50,155 bases of DNA from Candidatus Zhuqueibacterota bacterium (GTDB taxonomy: Bacteria; Zhuqueibacterota; Zhuqueibacteria; Zhuqueibacterales; Geothermadaptataceae), in NCBI GenBank assembly GCA_015491485.1, contig WFVT01000032.1, positions 1-50,155 on the forward strand, read 5' to 3'. The position numbers and the translations under genes are program-made. The notes beneath the pieces were generated by a model. The model worked only from the letters and a program-made list of their open reading frames with translations. It was not told where the DNA came from and did no database searches. This document shows, piece by piece, positions 19,359-28,761 of this stretch. The first letter of the stretch is position 1; each line of letters begins with the position of its first letter.

Positions 19359-20222
19359 TTGCCCGTGTTCATGCCGAAAACGCCTTCGGAAGCGACATTC
19401 CAACGCCGGTTTCCTGCCTGGTTTCGGTGTTTCTCCGGGCGAATACTGCTTACAGGGCTGGCAGGTTTTTTATCCTTCAGTCTCAACGCATGTGCTCTAA
19501 TAAAGCGGCCGCCTGTGGCCGATTTGTCGCGCACGCCGCCTCAGGAAATCTACCGCCGTGTGCAGCACAATTTTGATAAAATTCACACCCTGGAAGGCAG
19601 GGGGCGTTTGATTGTTGAGGTGCCCGGAACGCAGTTCGCCGGCCGGGCCCGCATTCTGGTCAAAAAGCCGGATTCGCTGTTTATCACCGCCAAAGCGATT
19701 CTCGGCGTGGAAGTCGGCTTTTTTTTCGCAGACCGCAAGCATTTCAGCAGTTATTCTCCATTTGAAAACACCTACTACACCGGGCCGGTCAGCCAAATGC
19801 ACCGCCTGGTGCTGTTTGAGATGCAACTTCCGTACGAGCAGCTCTTGTATGCCATTCTGGGGACCGCTCCGCTGCGGCTCGACGATTCCACACGGGTGAA
19901 GGTGGTGGATAATCAGTACGTTTTCGCCCGGCCGTGGGGTGATTATGTGATGGTGCAAAAGATCGAACCGGGCAAGTTTGTGGTTTCGGAAGCATTGCTG
20001 GTTGATCGAAACGGCAACATCTATGTCAAGCAGACATTTTCCCGGTTCCGAAAAATTCAGGGTGTATGGCTGCCGCAAATTATCCGCTTGTTCCGGCCGC
20101 AAACGCGTGAGCGGCTGACCGTCTATTATGAGCAGGTCCGGATCAATGTACCGCTAAAAAGCGAAGAATTTACATTTACAATCCCCGAAAATGCACGACG
20201 CATCCGGCTCAATGATCAATAA
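19359..20222 (+). CDS. DUF4292 / LolA-LolB-like fold lipoprotein
   Basis: Lipobox LNAC, KPDSLFITAKAILGVEVG, C-terminal WLPQIIRL...FTFTIPENA. Follows the TPR gene, as in FCB-group loci. Confidence 0.7.
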   Translation: MPVFMPKTPSEATFQRRFPAWFRCFSGRILLTGLAGFLSFSLNACALIKRPPVADLSRTPPQEIYRRVQHNFDKIHTLEGRGRLIVEVPGTQFAGRARILVKKPDSLFITAKAILGVEVGFFFADRKHFSSYSPFENTYYTGPVSQMHRLVLFEMQLPYEQLLYAILGTAPLRLDDSTRVKVVDNQYVFARPWGDYVMVQKIEPGKFVVSEALLVDRNGNIYVKQTFSRFRKIQGVWLPQIIRLFRPQTRERLTVYYEQVRINVPLKSEEFTFTIPENARRIRLNDQ

Positions 20223-20238
20223 TCGGTCTTCGAAATTT

Positions 20239-21207
20239 ATGGGTGAGAAGCGTTCGCTGAGTATTGTCATTCCGTTGCTGAATGAAGTGGAATCGCTGCG
20301 CGAACTGCATCAAAAAATTCAGCAGGCTCTGGAAGAAGTGCATGAGCCTCCGCTTGGTGAGGTCGAAATCATTTTTGTGGATGATGGTTCGGATGACGGC
20401 TCGTTTGAGGAGCTACAATCGCTGCGGGAGGTTGACTCTCGAGTGAAAATTGTGCAGTTCCGCCGGAATTTTGGGAAATCGGCGGCCCTGGCCGAGGGAT
20501 TCCGCCGCGCCCGTGGGGACTATATCATCACCATGGATGCCGATCTGCAGGATGATCCGTTTGAAATCAAGAACCTCATTCACACTCTGGAAAGCAAAGG
20601 CTATGACCTGGTTTCCGGCTGGAAAAAGCAGCGCCGGGACCCTTTTATCAAGCGCTTCACCTCCAAAATTTTTAATGCGGTTACCGGTTTTCTCACCGGC
20701 GTTCATTTGCACGATATGAATTGCGGTCTCAAGATTTATCGCCGCGAGGTGATAAAAAGTGTTCAGGTGTATGGTCAGCGGCACCGGTTTATCCCTGTCC
20801 TGGCGGCGCAGGAGGGATTCCGTGTCGGTGAAATTGTGGTGCGACATCATCCGCGAAAATACGGGCAGACCAAATACGGCCCCTCCCGATTTCTTGCCGG
20901 TCTTCTGGATTTGATCTCGCTTTTATTCCTGTCACGGTACATGAAGCGTCCTCTGCACCTGTTCGGCGGCATCGGTTTGCTGAGCTTTTTGATCGGCAGC
21001 GGAATCAATCTCTATCTGGCTTACGAACGGCTGTTTCTGGATAAATACCTCACCAACCGTCCGTTGCTGTTTTTGGGGATTTTGCTGGTGATCGTGGGGA
21101 TCCAGTTGTTTTCGCTCGGGCTGTTGGGTGAGATGATCACCGAATCCCGCGCGGAAAACCTGCATTACAATATTCGCAATGAAATCGGCTTTGATGATGG
21201 CCACTGA
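20239..21207 (+). CDS. GT2 polyprenyl-phosphate glycosyltransferase (ArnC/GtrB/DPM-like)
   Basis: SIVIPLLNE, FVDDGSDD, RNFGKSAA, MDADLQDDP, and two C-terminal TM helices. Confidence 0.92.
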   Translation: MGEKRSLSIVIPLLNEVESLRELHQKIQQALEEVHEPPLGEVEIIFVDDGSDDGSFEELQSLREVDSRVKIVQFRRNFGKSAALAEGFRRARGDYIITMDADLQDDPFEIKNLIHTLESKGYDLVSGWKKQRRDPFIKRFTSKIFNAVTGFLTGVHLHDMNCGLKIYRREVIKSVQVYGQRHRFIPVLAAQEGFRVGEIVVRHHPRKYGQTKYGPSRFLAGLLDLISLLFLSRYMKRPLHLFGGIGLLSFLIGSGINLYLAYERLFLDKYLTNRPLLFLGILLVIVGIQLFSLGLLGEMITESRAENLHYNIRNEIGFDDGH

Positions 21208-21366
21208 CCCCGGCGAATCCCCGAACGCAATGTCGCTTCGCAGCCGGTGCTTTCGTGGAATAAGTTGCTGTTTGGCTCAAGCCCGATCGAAACCTCCGGG
21301 CGGAATGAGGAATGGCCGGGAGGATTTAATCAGACCAGGATTCCATCAATCCCGAAAACGAATCGC

Positions 21367-22512
21367 ATGAAAATCGCTTTTTTATCCACATTTTATCCGT
21401 TTCGCGGCGGTATTGCTCAATTTAACGCCAAACTCCTGAGGGAGCTGGAAAAAGAACATGAGGTCCATGCCTTTACCTTTACGCGGCAATATCCCGGCCT
21501 GCTGTTCCCGGGAAAAACCCAATACATCACCGACGACGATACCGCCGATGCCATCCAAGCCATCCCGGTGCTGGATTCCATCAATCCATTGACCTACATC
21601 CGGACTGCAAGGCGGTTGCGGCAGGTTCAGCCGGATTTGCTGGTGACGCGCTTCTGGATGCCGTTTTTCGCACCCTCGTTGGGGTATGTCGCCGGGCGGT
21701 TGCAGAAGCACGGGGTCGTCACAATCGCGATTCTGGATAATGTCGTTCCTCATGAGCCGCGCCCCGGAGATGATGTGTTGATTCGCTACTTTTTGAAGCG
21801 GCAAAGCGGATACATGGTGATGACGCAAGCTGTCGAGCAACAGTTGCTCGTCTTTAAGCCGGATGCCCGCTATCGGTTGCAGCCCCATCCGGTATATGAT
21901 CATTTCCCGCCGCCGATCCCGATGGCGGAGGCGAGGCAAAAGTTGGGCATTCCGCAGGATAAAAAGCTGCTGTTGTTTTTCGGATTTATCCGGCCGTACA
22001 AAGGTCTGGACTTGGCGTTACAGGCCCTTTCCCGCCTGCCCGACAATGTCTGGATGCTGGTCGCCGGAGAAGTGTACGGGGATTTTAAGCCCTATCAACA
22101 GCTCATTGAGGATTACCGCTTGCATCACCGGGTACGGCTCACCCTCGACTATATCCCCGATCCGGAGGTGACCGTTTATTTTTCCGCTGCGGACGTACTG
22201 GTGCTGCCGTACCGTTCAGCCACACAAAGCGGCATCATGCAAATCGCCTATCACTACCATTTGCCGGCGGTGGTAACCCATGTCGGCGGTCTGGCGGAAA
22301 TGGTAGAGCATGGGATCACCGGATTGGTTATCCCCCGATCCGATCCCGAACGGTTGGCGGCGGCGCTTCAGGAGTATTTTGCTGCCGATTTGCGAGAGCC
22401 GTTTTCGAAAAACATGCAGGAACGCAAAAAGCGATATAGCTGGCGCGCATTTGCCGGGGCGTTGCTGGAGTTGTATCAGGAATTAAGGCAGGAAACCGTA
22501 AAACAGCCATGA
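21367..22512 (+). CDS. GT4 (GT-B) glycosyltransferase
   Basis: YPFRGGIAQF, FFGFIRPYKG, LPYRSATQSG, VGGLAEMV. Confidence 0.92.
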   Translation: MKIAFLSTFYPFRGGIAQFNAKLLRELEKEHEVHAFTFTRQYPGLLFPGKTQYITDDDTADAIQAIPVLDSINPLTYIRTARRLRQVQPDLLVTRFWMPFFAPSLGYVAGRLQKHGVVTIAILDNVVPHEPRPGDDVLIRYFLKRQSGYMVMTQAVEQQLLVFKPDARYRLQPHPVYDHFPPPIPMAEARQKLGIPQDKKLLLFFGFIRPYKGLDLALQALSRLPDNVWMLVAGEVYGDFKPYQQLIEDYRLHHRVRLTLDYIPDPEVTVYFSAADVLVLPYRSATQSGIMQIAYHYHLPAVVTHVGGLAEMVEHGITGLVIPRSDPERLAAALQEYFAADLREPFSKNMQERKKRYSWRAFAGALLELYQELRQETVKQP

Positions 22513-23474
22513 ACTCCATGTCCTCAATGCGGCCGAAAGATCAGGAAGCCGGACAAATAGCCGAACCGCATGTGGTGATCGTGCTGGTCAACTGGAATGG
22601 GAAAGATGATACCCTTGCCTGCCTGGAATCCCTGCAGAACGTACGCTATGCGCACAAAACCGTGGTGGTGGTGGATAACGGTTCCCGGGACGGCAGTGTG
22701 GATGCCATACGTAAGCGCTTCCCCGACACCCTGCTGATTTGCAATGAGCGAAACGAACGTTTTGCACGAGCGAATAACCAGGGCATCCGGATCGCACTGC
22801 AACAGAATGCCGATTACGTGCTTTTGCTGAACAACGACACCCTGGTGGATCCGGATTTTTTACACCATCTCGTCAGGCGTGCCGAAAGCGATGCATCGAT
22901 CGGTATGGTGGGCGGAAAAATCTATTATGCAGACGATCCGGACCGCTTATGGTTCGCGGGCGGGGGCGTGGATCTGTGGCGGGGGCGCATCTGGCACTAC
23001 GGTTTGCGCCAACCAGATAAGGGCCAATATAACCAACCCCGCGATGTCGATTATGTGACCGGCTGCTGCATTCTGGTAAAGCGCTCATGCATCGAAGCCG
23101 TTGGAGGGCTGGATGAATCTTATTACATTTACGGTGAAGACGTGGACTGGTGTTTCCGGGCCCGGCAAGCGGGATTCCGGGTGGTCTATGAGCCTGAGGC
23201 GAAAATCTGGCACAAAATTTCTTCCAGCTCAGGCGGTAAACATGCCCCACATGCCATGACCGGTTTCAAAGTGTACCACAAAATCCGCAGCATGTTGAAG
23301 TTCTTCCGCCGGCATGCCCGCTGGTATCACTGGATCACTTTGCCATTCGGGATGGGGCTGGAAGCCGTTCGCGCGGCGTTCTGGCTTGCCTGGCACGGCA
23401 ACTGGCAGGCCATACGCGCCATGTTCCGTATCATCGTACCGGGCCGTTCACGAGCGGATCAGGCGGGAGGCTGA
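22509..23474 (+). CDS. GT2 glycosyltransferase (WbbL/rhamnosyltransferase-like)
   Basis: VNWN, VVDNGSRD, LLNND, TGCC, YGEDVDWC, WHK. ATGA overlap with the previous gene. Confidence 0.92.
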   Translation: MNSMSSMRPKDQEAGQIAEPHVVIVLVNWNGKDDTLACLESLQNVRYAHKTVVVVDNGSRDGSVDAIRKRFPDTLLICNERNERFARANNQGIRIALQQNADYVLLLNNDTLVDPDFLHHLVRRAESDASIGMVGGKIYYADDPDRLWFAGGGVDLWRGRIWHYGLRQPDKGQYNQPRDVDYVTGCCILVKRSCIEAVGGLDESYYIYGEDVDWCFRARQAGFRVVYEPEAKIWHKISSSSGGKHAPHAMTGFKVYHKIRSMLKFFRRHARWYHWITLPFGMGLEAVRAAFWLAWHGNWQAIRAMFRIIVPGRSRADQAGG

Positions 23475-24788
23475 ATGAGACTCAGTCGTCATCTGGAAAA
23501 AGGCTTTTGGACGGTAGCCGATAAGGGCCTGGTGGCGGCTTTTGGCGTTTTCTTGCTGCTGGTGATCCGCGTGCTTCCTGAAGAAGAATTTGGCGATTAT
23601 CTTTTGATTCAATACACCTTTCTCATTTTATCCCATCTGTCCTTTTCGTGGGGCATGGCGCCGTATGTGAAATATTTTTATGAAACCCAAAACCGTCTTG
23701 CTCTGCAGACCCACGCGCTGATATTGGTTGGATTGTTCTTCACGCTGATGACCGCGGGCATCTGGTTTTTCCGCGTTCCTCTGGGGGAGCTGCTGAAAAG
23801 CGCCCATTTCCCCTATCTGGCGTACTTTGTTCCCTTGCTTTTTTTGACCGCCTTCGGTAAATTGTTCGCCAATGAAATATTTCGGGCCACCCACGAAATT
23901 CAGCGCATTTTCTGGATCGATTTCACCTACTACACGGTGAATGTCGTTATTATCCTTGGCTATATCGTCCAAAATCGGTTGGATAGTGCGGCGCTGTTGC
24001 TCAATATTAATGCGTTCGCGTATGTATGCTCCAGCATCGTCGGTTTTTGGAGTGTGCGGCGGTATATCATCCCCGGCTTTCAGATCGAGCGCCCCTTATT
24101 TTGCAAAATGGCGCGCTTCGGGCAATATGCTTTTGGCGCCGGGGTTAGCGCCACCATTTATGACCGCGCCGATAATTACATCATTTCCGCCATGCTGGGC
24201 GTCCGGGCACTGGCGCTGTTTGGCACGGTGAAGCTGTTTTTGCGCTTGTATGACATTTTTAAACAGGCCGTGACTTTGGTGGCGTTCCCGGCGTTTGCCC
24301 GGTTGCATGCTGAACAGCGGCAGGACGATATCAAGAGTCTGTACGAAAAAGGCATTTTTTACGCCAATGTGATTCTCGCGGCAATCATGATTTTCCTGAT
24401 TGTGGCTGCGGACTTTTTTTATGATGTTATTCTGGCGGGAAAATATCCGGGAGGGGCGTTGTTATTGCGCCTGTTCAGTCTTTTAGGGCTGGTTATCGGT
24501 TGGTTGACCGTGGGGGAAGGCGTGTTGTTTGGCATCGGAGCGGCGCGGCAGGCGTTCCTCTCGCGGATGATCGCCACTCTGTCCAGTCTGATTCTCAATG
24601 TCGTGTTAATTCATTTTTTCGGGATCATCGGAGCCGCGCTGGCCTCGCTGATTTCCATTACCCTTCTGACGCTTCTGGTGACGTATTTTGTGCACCAGCG
24701 TGTCGGAGTGAGCATCACCGGAATCTTCAGCCGGCGCAGGGATGTGGTGATGTTTTTGCGGGAGATTTGGCAAAACCGCAAGCTGTAA
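23475..24788 (+). CDS. Wzx/MATE-like oligosaccharide flippase
   Basis: About 12 hydrophobic segments, DRADNYIISAMLG, FPAFARL, FGIIGAALA. Sits within a glycosyltransferase cluster. Confidence 0.85.
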   Translation: MRLSRHLEKGFWTVADKGLVAAFGVFLLLVIRVLPEEEFGDYLLIQYTFLILSHLSFSWGMAPYVKYFYETQNRLALQTHALILVGLFFTLMTAGIWFFRVPLGELLKSAHFPYLAYFVPLLFLTAFGKLFANEIFRATHEIQRIFWIDFTYYTVNVVIILGYIVQNRLDSAALLLNINAFAYVCSSIVGFWSVRRYIIPGFQIERPLFCKMARFGQYAFGAGVSATIYDRADNYIISAMLGVRALALFGTVKLFLRLYDIFKQAVTLVAFPAFARLHAEQRQDDIKSLYEKGIFYANVILAAIMIFLIVAADFFYDVILAGKYPGGALLLRLFSLLGLVIGWLTVGEGVLFGIGAARQAFLSRMIATLSSLILNVVLIHFFGIIGAALASLISITLLTLLVTYFVHQRVGVSITGIFSRRRDVVMFLREIWQNRKL

Positions 24789-24917
24789 TAATGGCATACG
24801 CATAACGAAACCAATGGCGGCATTGAAAAGGCCCCGTTTACCGCAGCCGATTCTTTGCCCCAAAAACAGCGATGCCACTCTAATCTTTGCATGCTGACGT
24901 AGGAGGGAGGAAACTCC

Positions 24918-27506
24918 ATGGCCAAAAAGAAACGCAAATCCAGGGCTTCACAGCCGGCGCAGTCGAGTTCGAAAATGCCGGCGCCGACGTTGGTCGAGAC
25001 TCTGGCGCAGTATCCGGACTGGTCGGCTCTGGGCATCTTTATTCTTTTGATGGCGATTTTTTTTAATGAAATCATTTTCGGCAGCAAAATCTATTTCAGC
25101 CCGGATTTACAGGCGCCCGCAGCCCTGGCCACGCCACTGAAAAAAGCGCTGTGGGAAGACGGTATTTATCCGTTGTGGATTCCTTACATTTTTGCCGGTA
25201 TGCCCAGTTTCGCCAGCCTCATTTACACTCCGTTTGTGTATCTGCCCTATATCATCTTCACCTTGCTGAATCAGGTGGTGAGTTTGCCTCCGCTTTTGCA
25301 GCATGTGATCCACTATCCGATCGCTGGCATCGGCGTGTATTTGTATCTCCGGGAATTCAAGGTGGATTTTGTCCCATCGTTGCTCGGCGGCATCGCATTT
25401 ATGTTTACCCCTTATTTGATCACGATGGAAGTTTTTGGGCACGGCTCGCAAATGATGACCGCTGTGTATATGCCTCTGGCACTCTGGGCGGTGGAACGGC
25501 TGTTCCGCCACGGACGGTTGCTGCATCTGGGTATTGCCGCATTGATTTTGGGCATCCAATTCCAGCGCGGTCACGTGCAGATTGTTTACTATACGTGGAT
25601 GGTTCTGGGCGGATATTTTCTTTACCACGCTGTTCGGAAAATCCGTCAGGGCGAAGCAAAGAAATTGCCGCTGATGACCGGTCAATTTGCCTTAATGAGC
25701 GTCCTGGCATTCGGTTTATCCGCGGTCCTGTATTTTTCCATTTATGAATACATGCCCTATTCCATTCGCGGCTCCGAGTCGGCGCTGGCCGCAACGACAG
25801 GTCCGGTTCAAAAAGGCGTCGGCTTCGAATATGCCACCCAATGGTCGTTTTCACCGGCGGAAATGCTGACGTTTATCAATCCATCCTTTTTTGGTTTTGG
25901 CGGCCCCACGTACTGGGGCACCATGCCGTTCACCGATTATCCCAATTATATGGGCATTCTGGTGCTTTTGCTGGCGGTATTTGCGATCCTCTACCGGCGG
26001 CAACATCCTGTGCTGTTCTGGGCGGTGGCGGCCGGTGTGGCGTTGCTGATTTCGTTTGGGAAGCATTTTGCTGTATTCTACAAACTGCTATATGAGCTGT
26101 TGCCGTTTTTCAACCGGTTTCGGGTGCCGGTGATGATTCTGATTGTGGTGCAGATGAGTGTCGCCATCCTTGCCGGTTTCGGATTGCAGCGATTGCTTGC
26201 CTTCATCCGCGCCAACCGTGATGCGAGACAACGGCAGATGCTGAGTAGCCGATGGTTTATAGCGGCTGCCGCGATCATCGGTGTGGCGCTGTTGATTACT
26301 GTGGCGCGGGATGCGTTCTTCAGTTTCATGCAGGGCTTGTATCCAGACCAGTATTCGCCTTCCGAACAGCTCATGCTGGACCGCCGCCGGTTTGACATGC
26401 TGTTGAAGGATTGGTGGCTGGTGAGTCTCTGGCTTGCCGGTGGGATGGTGCTGGTGGCTCTGGCGTTGCGCCGACAGGTCGGTGAGCTGGTGTTGGGCGC
26501 CGGCGTGCTGCTGATCACCCTTGCCGATCTGTGGGCGGTGGATTTCCGTCTTAACAAACCGACGCCCAAATCCCAGCTCGACCGGTATTTGCAGGCCGAT
26601 GAAATAAGCCGTTTTTTACAGCAGGATAGCACGCTGTATCGCATTTTGCCGCTGGGCCGTTTGTTCAACGAAAATCGGTGGGCGGCTCAGGGCATTCACT
26701 CTCTGGGCGGATATCATGCTGCAAAGCCTCGCGTGATTCAGGATTTGTTCGACATCACCCAACTCGAACGCAACTATGCTATGAAATACTACCGGATTGT
26801 CGGACAGAGCGGCCGGCAACAGTTGCAGCCCCTGCAGGCCGATCAGGTGGATGCGCGCCAGAGGATCAGTCACCAGAATTTGCTCGATTTCTTGAATATC
26901 AAATATGTGATTTCGCCCTATCCTTTGCCGGAGCCGAGCCTGCAGTTGCGCCATCAGGTCAGCTATTTTATGGGGGGGCAGCCGATACCGTTGAACATTT
27001 ATGAAAATCTGCAGGTGTTGCCGCGGGCGTATTTGGTCGGCGGTTATCGGAAGTTTGACTCTCCCCGCGAGGCTTTGATTTACCTGACGTCCGAAGCCTT
27101 TGATCCGAGAAAGGAAGTGCTGCTTTACCGTGATCCGGACATCGTCCCTGAACCCGATAGTCTGGCAACCAGCGAAATGGTGGAGTATGGATTGCAAAAA
27201 ATCGTTGTCCGCGTGAAAGCGGAAAAGCCGCAATTGCTTTTTCTGTCTGATACCCATTATCCTCCGGGATGGCATGCCTTTCTGGATGGCAAAGAGGTGC
27301 CCGTTTTGCAAGCCAACCATGCGTTTCGGGCGGTGGCGGTTCCGGCCGGAGAACATACGATCGAGTTTCGGTACAACTCGAGGTCGTTCTGGAACGGCCT
27401 GTGGGTCAGCCTGGCAAGTTTGCTGCTGATTGTGGGATGCATTGTTTTAGGCAGGCGCAGAGCCGTGGCGGAGTCCGAACAGGTGGAACGAGCTGAAACC
27501 GCCTGA
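24918..27506 (+). CDS. YfhO-family multi-pass GT-C membrane protein
   Basis: PLWIPYIFAGMP, HVQIVYY, QWSF, YWGTMPFT...YMG, FNRFRVP, GYHAAK, LPRAY, SDTHYPPGW, ANHAFRAVAVPAGEHTIEFRY. Strong RBS. Confidence 0.88.
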   Translation: MAKKKRKSRASQPAQSSSKMPAPTLVETLAQYPDWSALGIFILLMAIFFNEIIFGSKIYFSPDLQAPAALATPLKKALWEDGIYPLWIPYIFAGMPSFASLIYTPFVYLPYIIFTLLNQVVSLPPLLQHVIHYPIAGIGVYLYLREFKVDFVPSLLGGIAFMFTPYLITMEVFGHGSQMMTAVYMPLALWAVERLFRHGRLLHLGIAALILGIQFQRGHVQIVYYTWMVLGGYFLYHAVRKIRQGEAKKLPLMTGQFALMSVLAFGLSAVLYFSIYEYMPYSIRGSESALAATTGPVQKGVGFEYATQWSFSPAEMLTFINPSFFGFGGPTYWGTMPFTDYPNYMGILVLLLAVFAILYRRQHPVLFWAVAAGVALLISFGKHFAVFYKLLYELLPFFNRFRVPVMILIVVQMSVAILAGFGLQRLLAFIRANRDARQRQMLSSRWFIAAAAIIGVALLITVARDAFFSFMQGLYPDQYSPSEQLMLDRRRFDMLLKDWWLVSLWLAGGMVLVALALRRQVGELVLGAGVLLITLADLWAVDFRLNKPTPKSQLDRYLQADEISRFLQQDSTLYRILPLGRLFNENRWAAQGIHSLGGYHAAKPRVIQDLFDITQLERNYAMKYYRIVGQSGRQQLQPLQADQVDARQRISHQNLLDFLNIKYVISPYPLPEPSLQLRHQVSYFMGGQPIPLNIYENLQVLPRAYLVGGYRKFDSPREALIYLTSEAFDPRKEVLLYRDPDIVPEPDSLATSEMVEYGLQKIVVRVKAEKPQLLFLSDTHYPPGWHAFLDGKEVPVLQANHAFRAVAVPAGEHTIEFRYNSRSFWNGLWVSLASLLLIVGCIVLGRRRAVAESEQVERAETA

Positions 27507-27536
27507 TCCCATTGCAGTTGGGGCAAAAGAAATAAA

Positions 27537-27564
27537 TTGCAATTAAAGCCGATAATTTTATATT
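27537..27564 (+). promoter_or_regulatory. sigma70-type promoter (TTGCAA-N16-TATATT)
   Basis: -35/-10-like hexamers immediately upstream of a structured RNA region. Confidence 0.55.
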
Positions 27565-27571
27565 GTAATGT

Positions 27572-27821
27572 TTGGCTTATCCCGAGAGCTGTGAGCTGTC
27601 CCGGAGCCGGGGATTGCTTCCGGAAGAGCCACGCCTGTGGAAGCGGGCATCCGGAAAAAAGCATTATAGGATATCCGCCCCGGTAGGAAACTTACGGAAC
27701 GAAATGTCGGACAGGCACGGGCTGAAGGTCGCCGTGACCACCGGAGCGACTTCAGGGGCCACGGAAAAGCCGGAAGCTGCAGCATGCCCATACGGATGAT
27801 GCTGCGCAGGGCTTTTATTTT
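27572..27821 (+). ncRNA. Structured non-coding RNA or leader, family unassigned (6S-like possible)
   Basis: Nested helices CTGTCC/GGACAG, CCGGGG/CCCCGG and TGCT-TTCCGGA/TCCGGAA-AGCA. Further hairpins CTGAAG-GTCGC/GCGAC-TTCAG and GCAGCAT/ATGCTGC, then a T-rich tract. No credible ORF. Confidence 0.55.
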
Positions 27822-27876
27822 AATATCATGAAATTCCGCTTGGGATTGCGGCAACCCCTTTCATAGGAGTGCATGG

Positions 27877-28347
27877 ATGAGACTGGTGGATATTTTATCG
27901 GAAGAAACCATCAAAGTGCCTCTGGAAAATAAAGAAAAGAAAGCGATCATTGAAGAACTGGTGGATGTTTTAAAGGCAAAAAACAAGATCGAAGACCGTG
28001 AGAAAGTACTCAAGGCTATTCTGGATCGCGAGGCGGTGATGAGCACCGGTATCGGCGACGGCGTGGCGATTCCACATGGGAAGAGCGACGGCGCCCCGCA
28101 ACTGGTTGCGGCGTTGGGGATTGCGCCGGACCCGGTGGATTTTGAAGCCATCGACAATAAGCCGGTACAGATTATCTGGTTGCTCATCGGCCCCCCCGGA
28201 AAGACCGGTCCTCATTTGAAAGCGCTTAGTCGGATTTCTCGATTGATGCACAAAAAAGAATTCCGTGAGCGTTTAATTCAGGCGGGCAGCCCGGAAGCCG
28301 TACTGGCTGAAATTCATAAAGAGGAAGAGAAATATTTTGAAATGTAA
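27877..28347 (+). CDS. PTS IIA (Ntr/fructose-type) domain protein
   Basis: REAVMSTGIGDGVAIPHG (phospho-His), DFEAIDNKPV, HLKALSRISR. AGGAG RBS. Confidence 0.92.
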   Translation: MRLVDILSEETIKVPLENKEKKAIIEELVDVLKAKNKIEDREKVLKAILDREAVMSTGIGDGVAIPHGKSDGAPQLVAALGIAPDPVDFEAIDNKPVQIIWLLIGPPGKTGPHLKALSRISRLMHKKEFRERLIQAGSPEAVLAEIHKEEEKYFEM

Positions 28348-28414
28348 ACCGGGCGCATCGCCGGCGGAAATGGAAAGTTGAGCATCAGTCGGAGAAAACC
28401 AGGGAATCGTGTCG

Positions 28415-28753
28415 ATGAAGTTGCTTTTTATCATTCTCAATAAAGAAGAATATTTGGATGAAGTTTTAGAAGCGTTCCTTGAATTGGGATTGCGCGGGGC
28501 AACGGTGATTGACAGCGTGGGCATGGGCCGTATCCTGGCGTATGAAATTCCGATTTTTGCGGGCTTGCGAAGCCTGTTACCCGGAAATCGGCCGTTCAAT
28601 AAAACGATTTTCACTCTTGTCGAAGAGGAAAAAATTCCGGATGTGATTGCGGCTGTGGAGCAAATCATTGGGCCGCTGGAAAATCCAGGAACCGGAATCG
28701 CCTTTGCCATTCCGGTGGAATTTGTCAAAGGCCTGTCACCCAGCATTGAGTAG
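28415..28753 (+). CDS. P-II-superfamily (GlnB-like fold) protein
   Basis: MKLLFIILNKEEYLDEVLEAF..GATVIDSVGMG...PGTGIAFAIPV. GlnB-like fold without the canonical T-loop Tyr. Confidence 0.75.
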   Translation: MKLLFIILNKEEYLDEVLEAFLELGLRGATVIDSVGMGRILAYEIPIFAGLRSLLPGNRPFNKTIFTLVEEEKIPDVIAAVEQIIGPLENPGTGIAFAIPVEFVKGLSPSIE

Positions 28754-28761
28754 GAAAACGA

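Noticed and set aside
27576-27620. CTTATCCCGAGAG as the start of a SAM-I riboswitch
   Set aside because: The downstream SAM-I core (GAGGGA..GGCCC, GCAACC, GTGC.AA.TCC) is not present in the expected order, and the downstream genes are unrelated to sulfur metabolism.
27700-27830. T-box, SRP RNA, cobalamin riboswitch or hammerhead upstream of hisS
   Set aside because: No GGTGG.ACC T-box, no CAGG.CC-GNAA-GG.AGCAG SRP motif, no B12-box GGGAA...CCG core, and the hammerhead core is incomplete.
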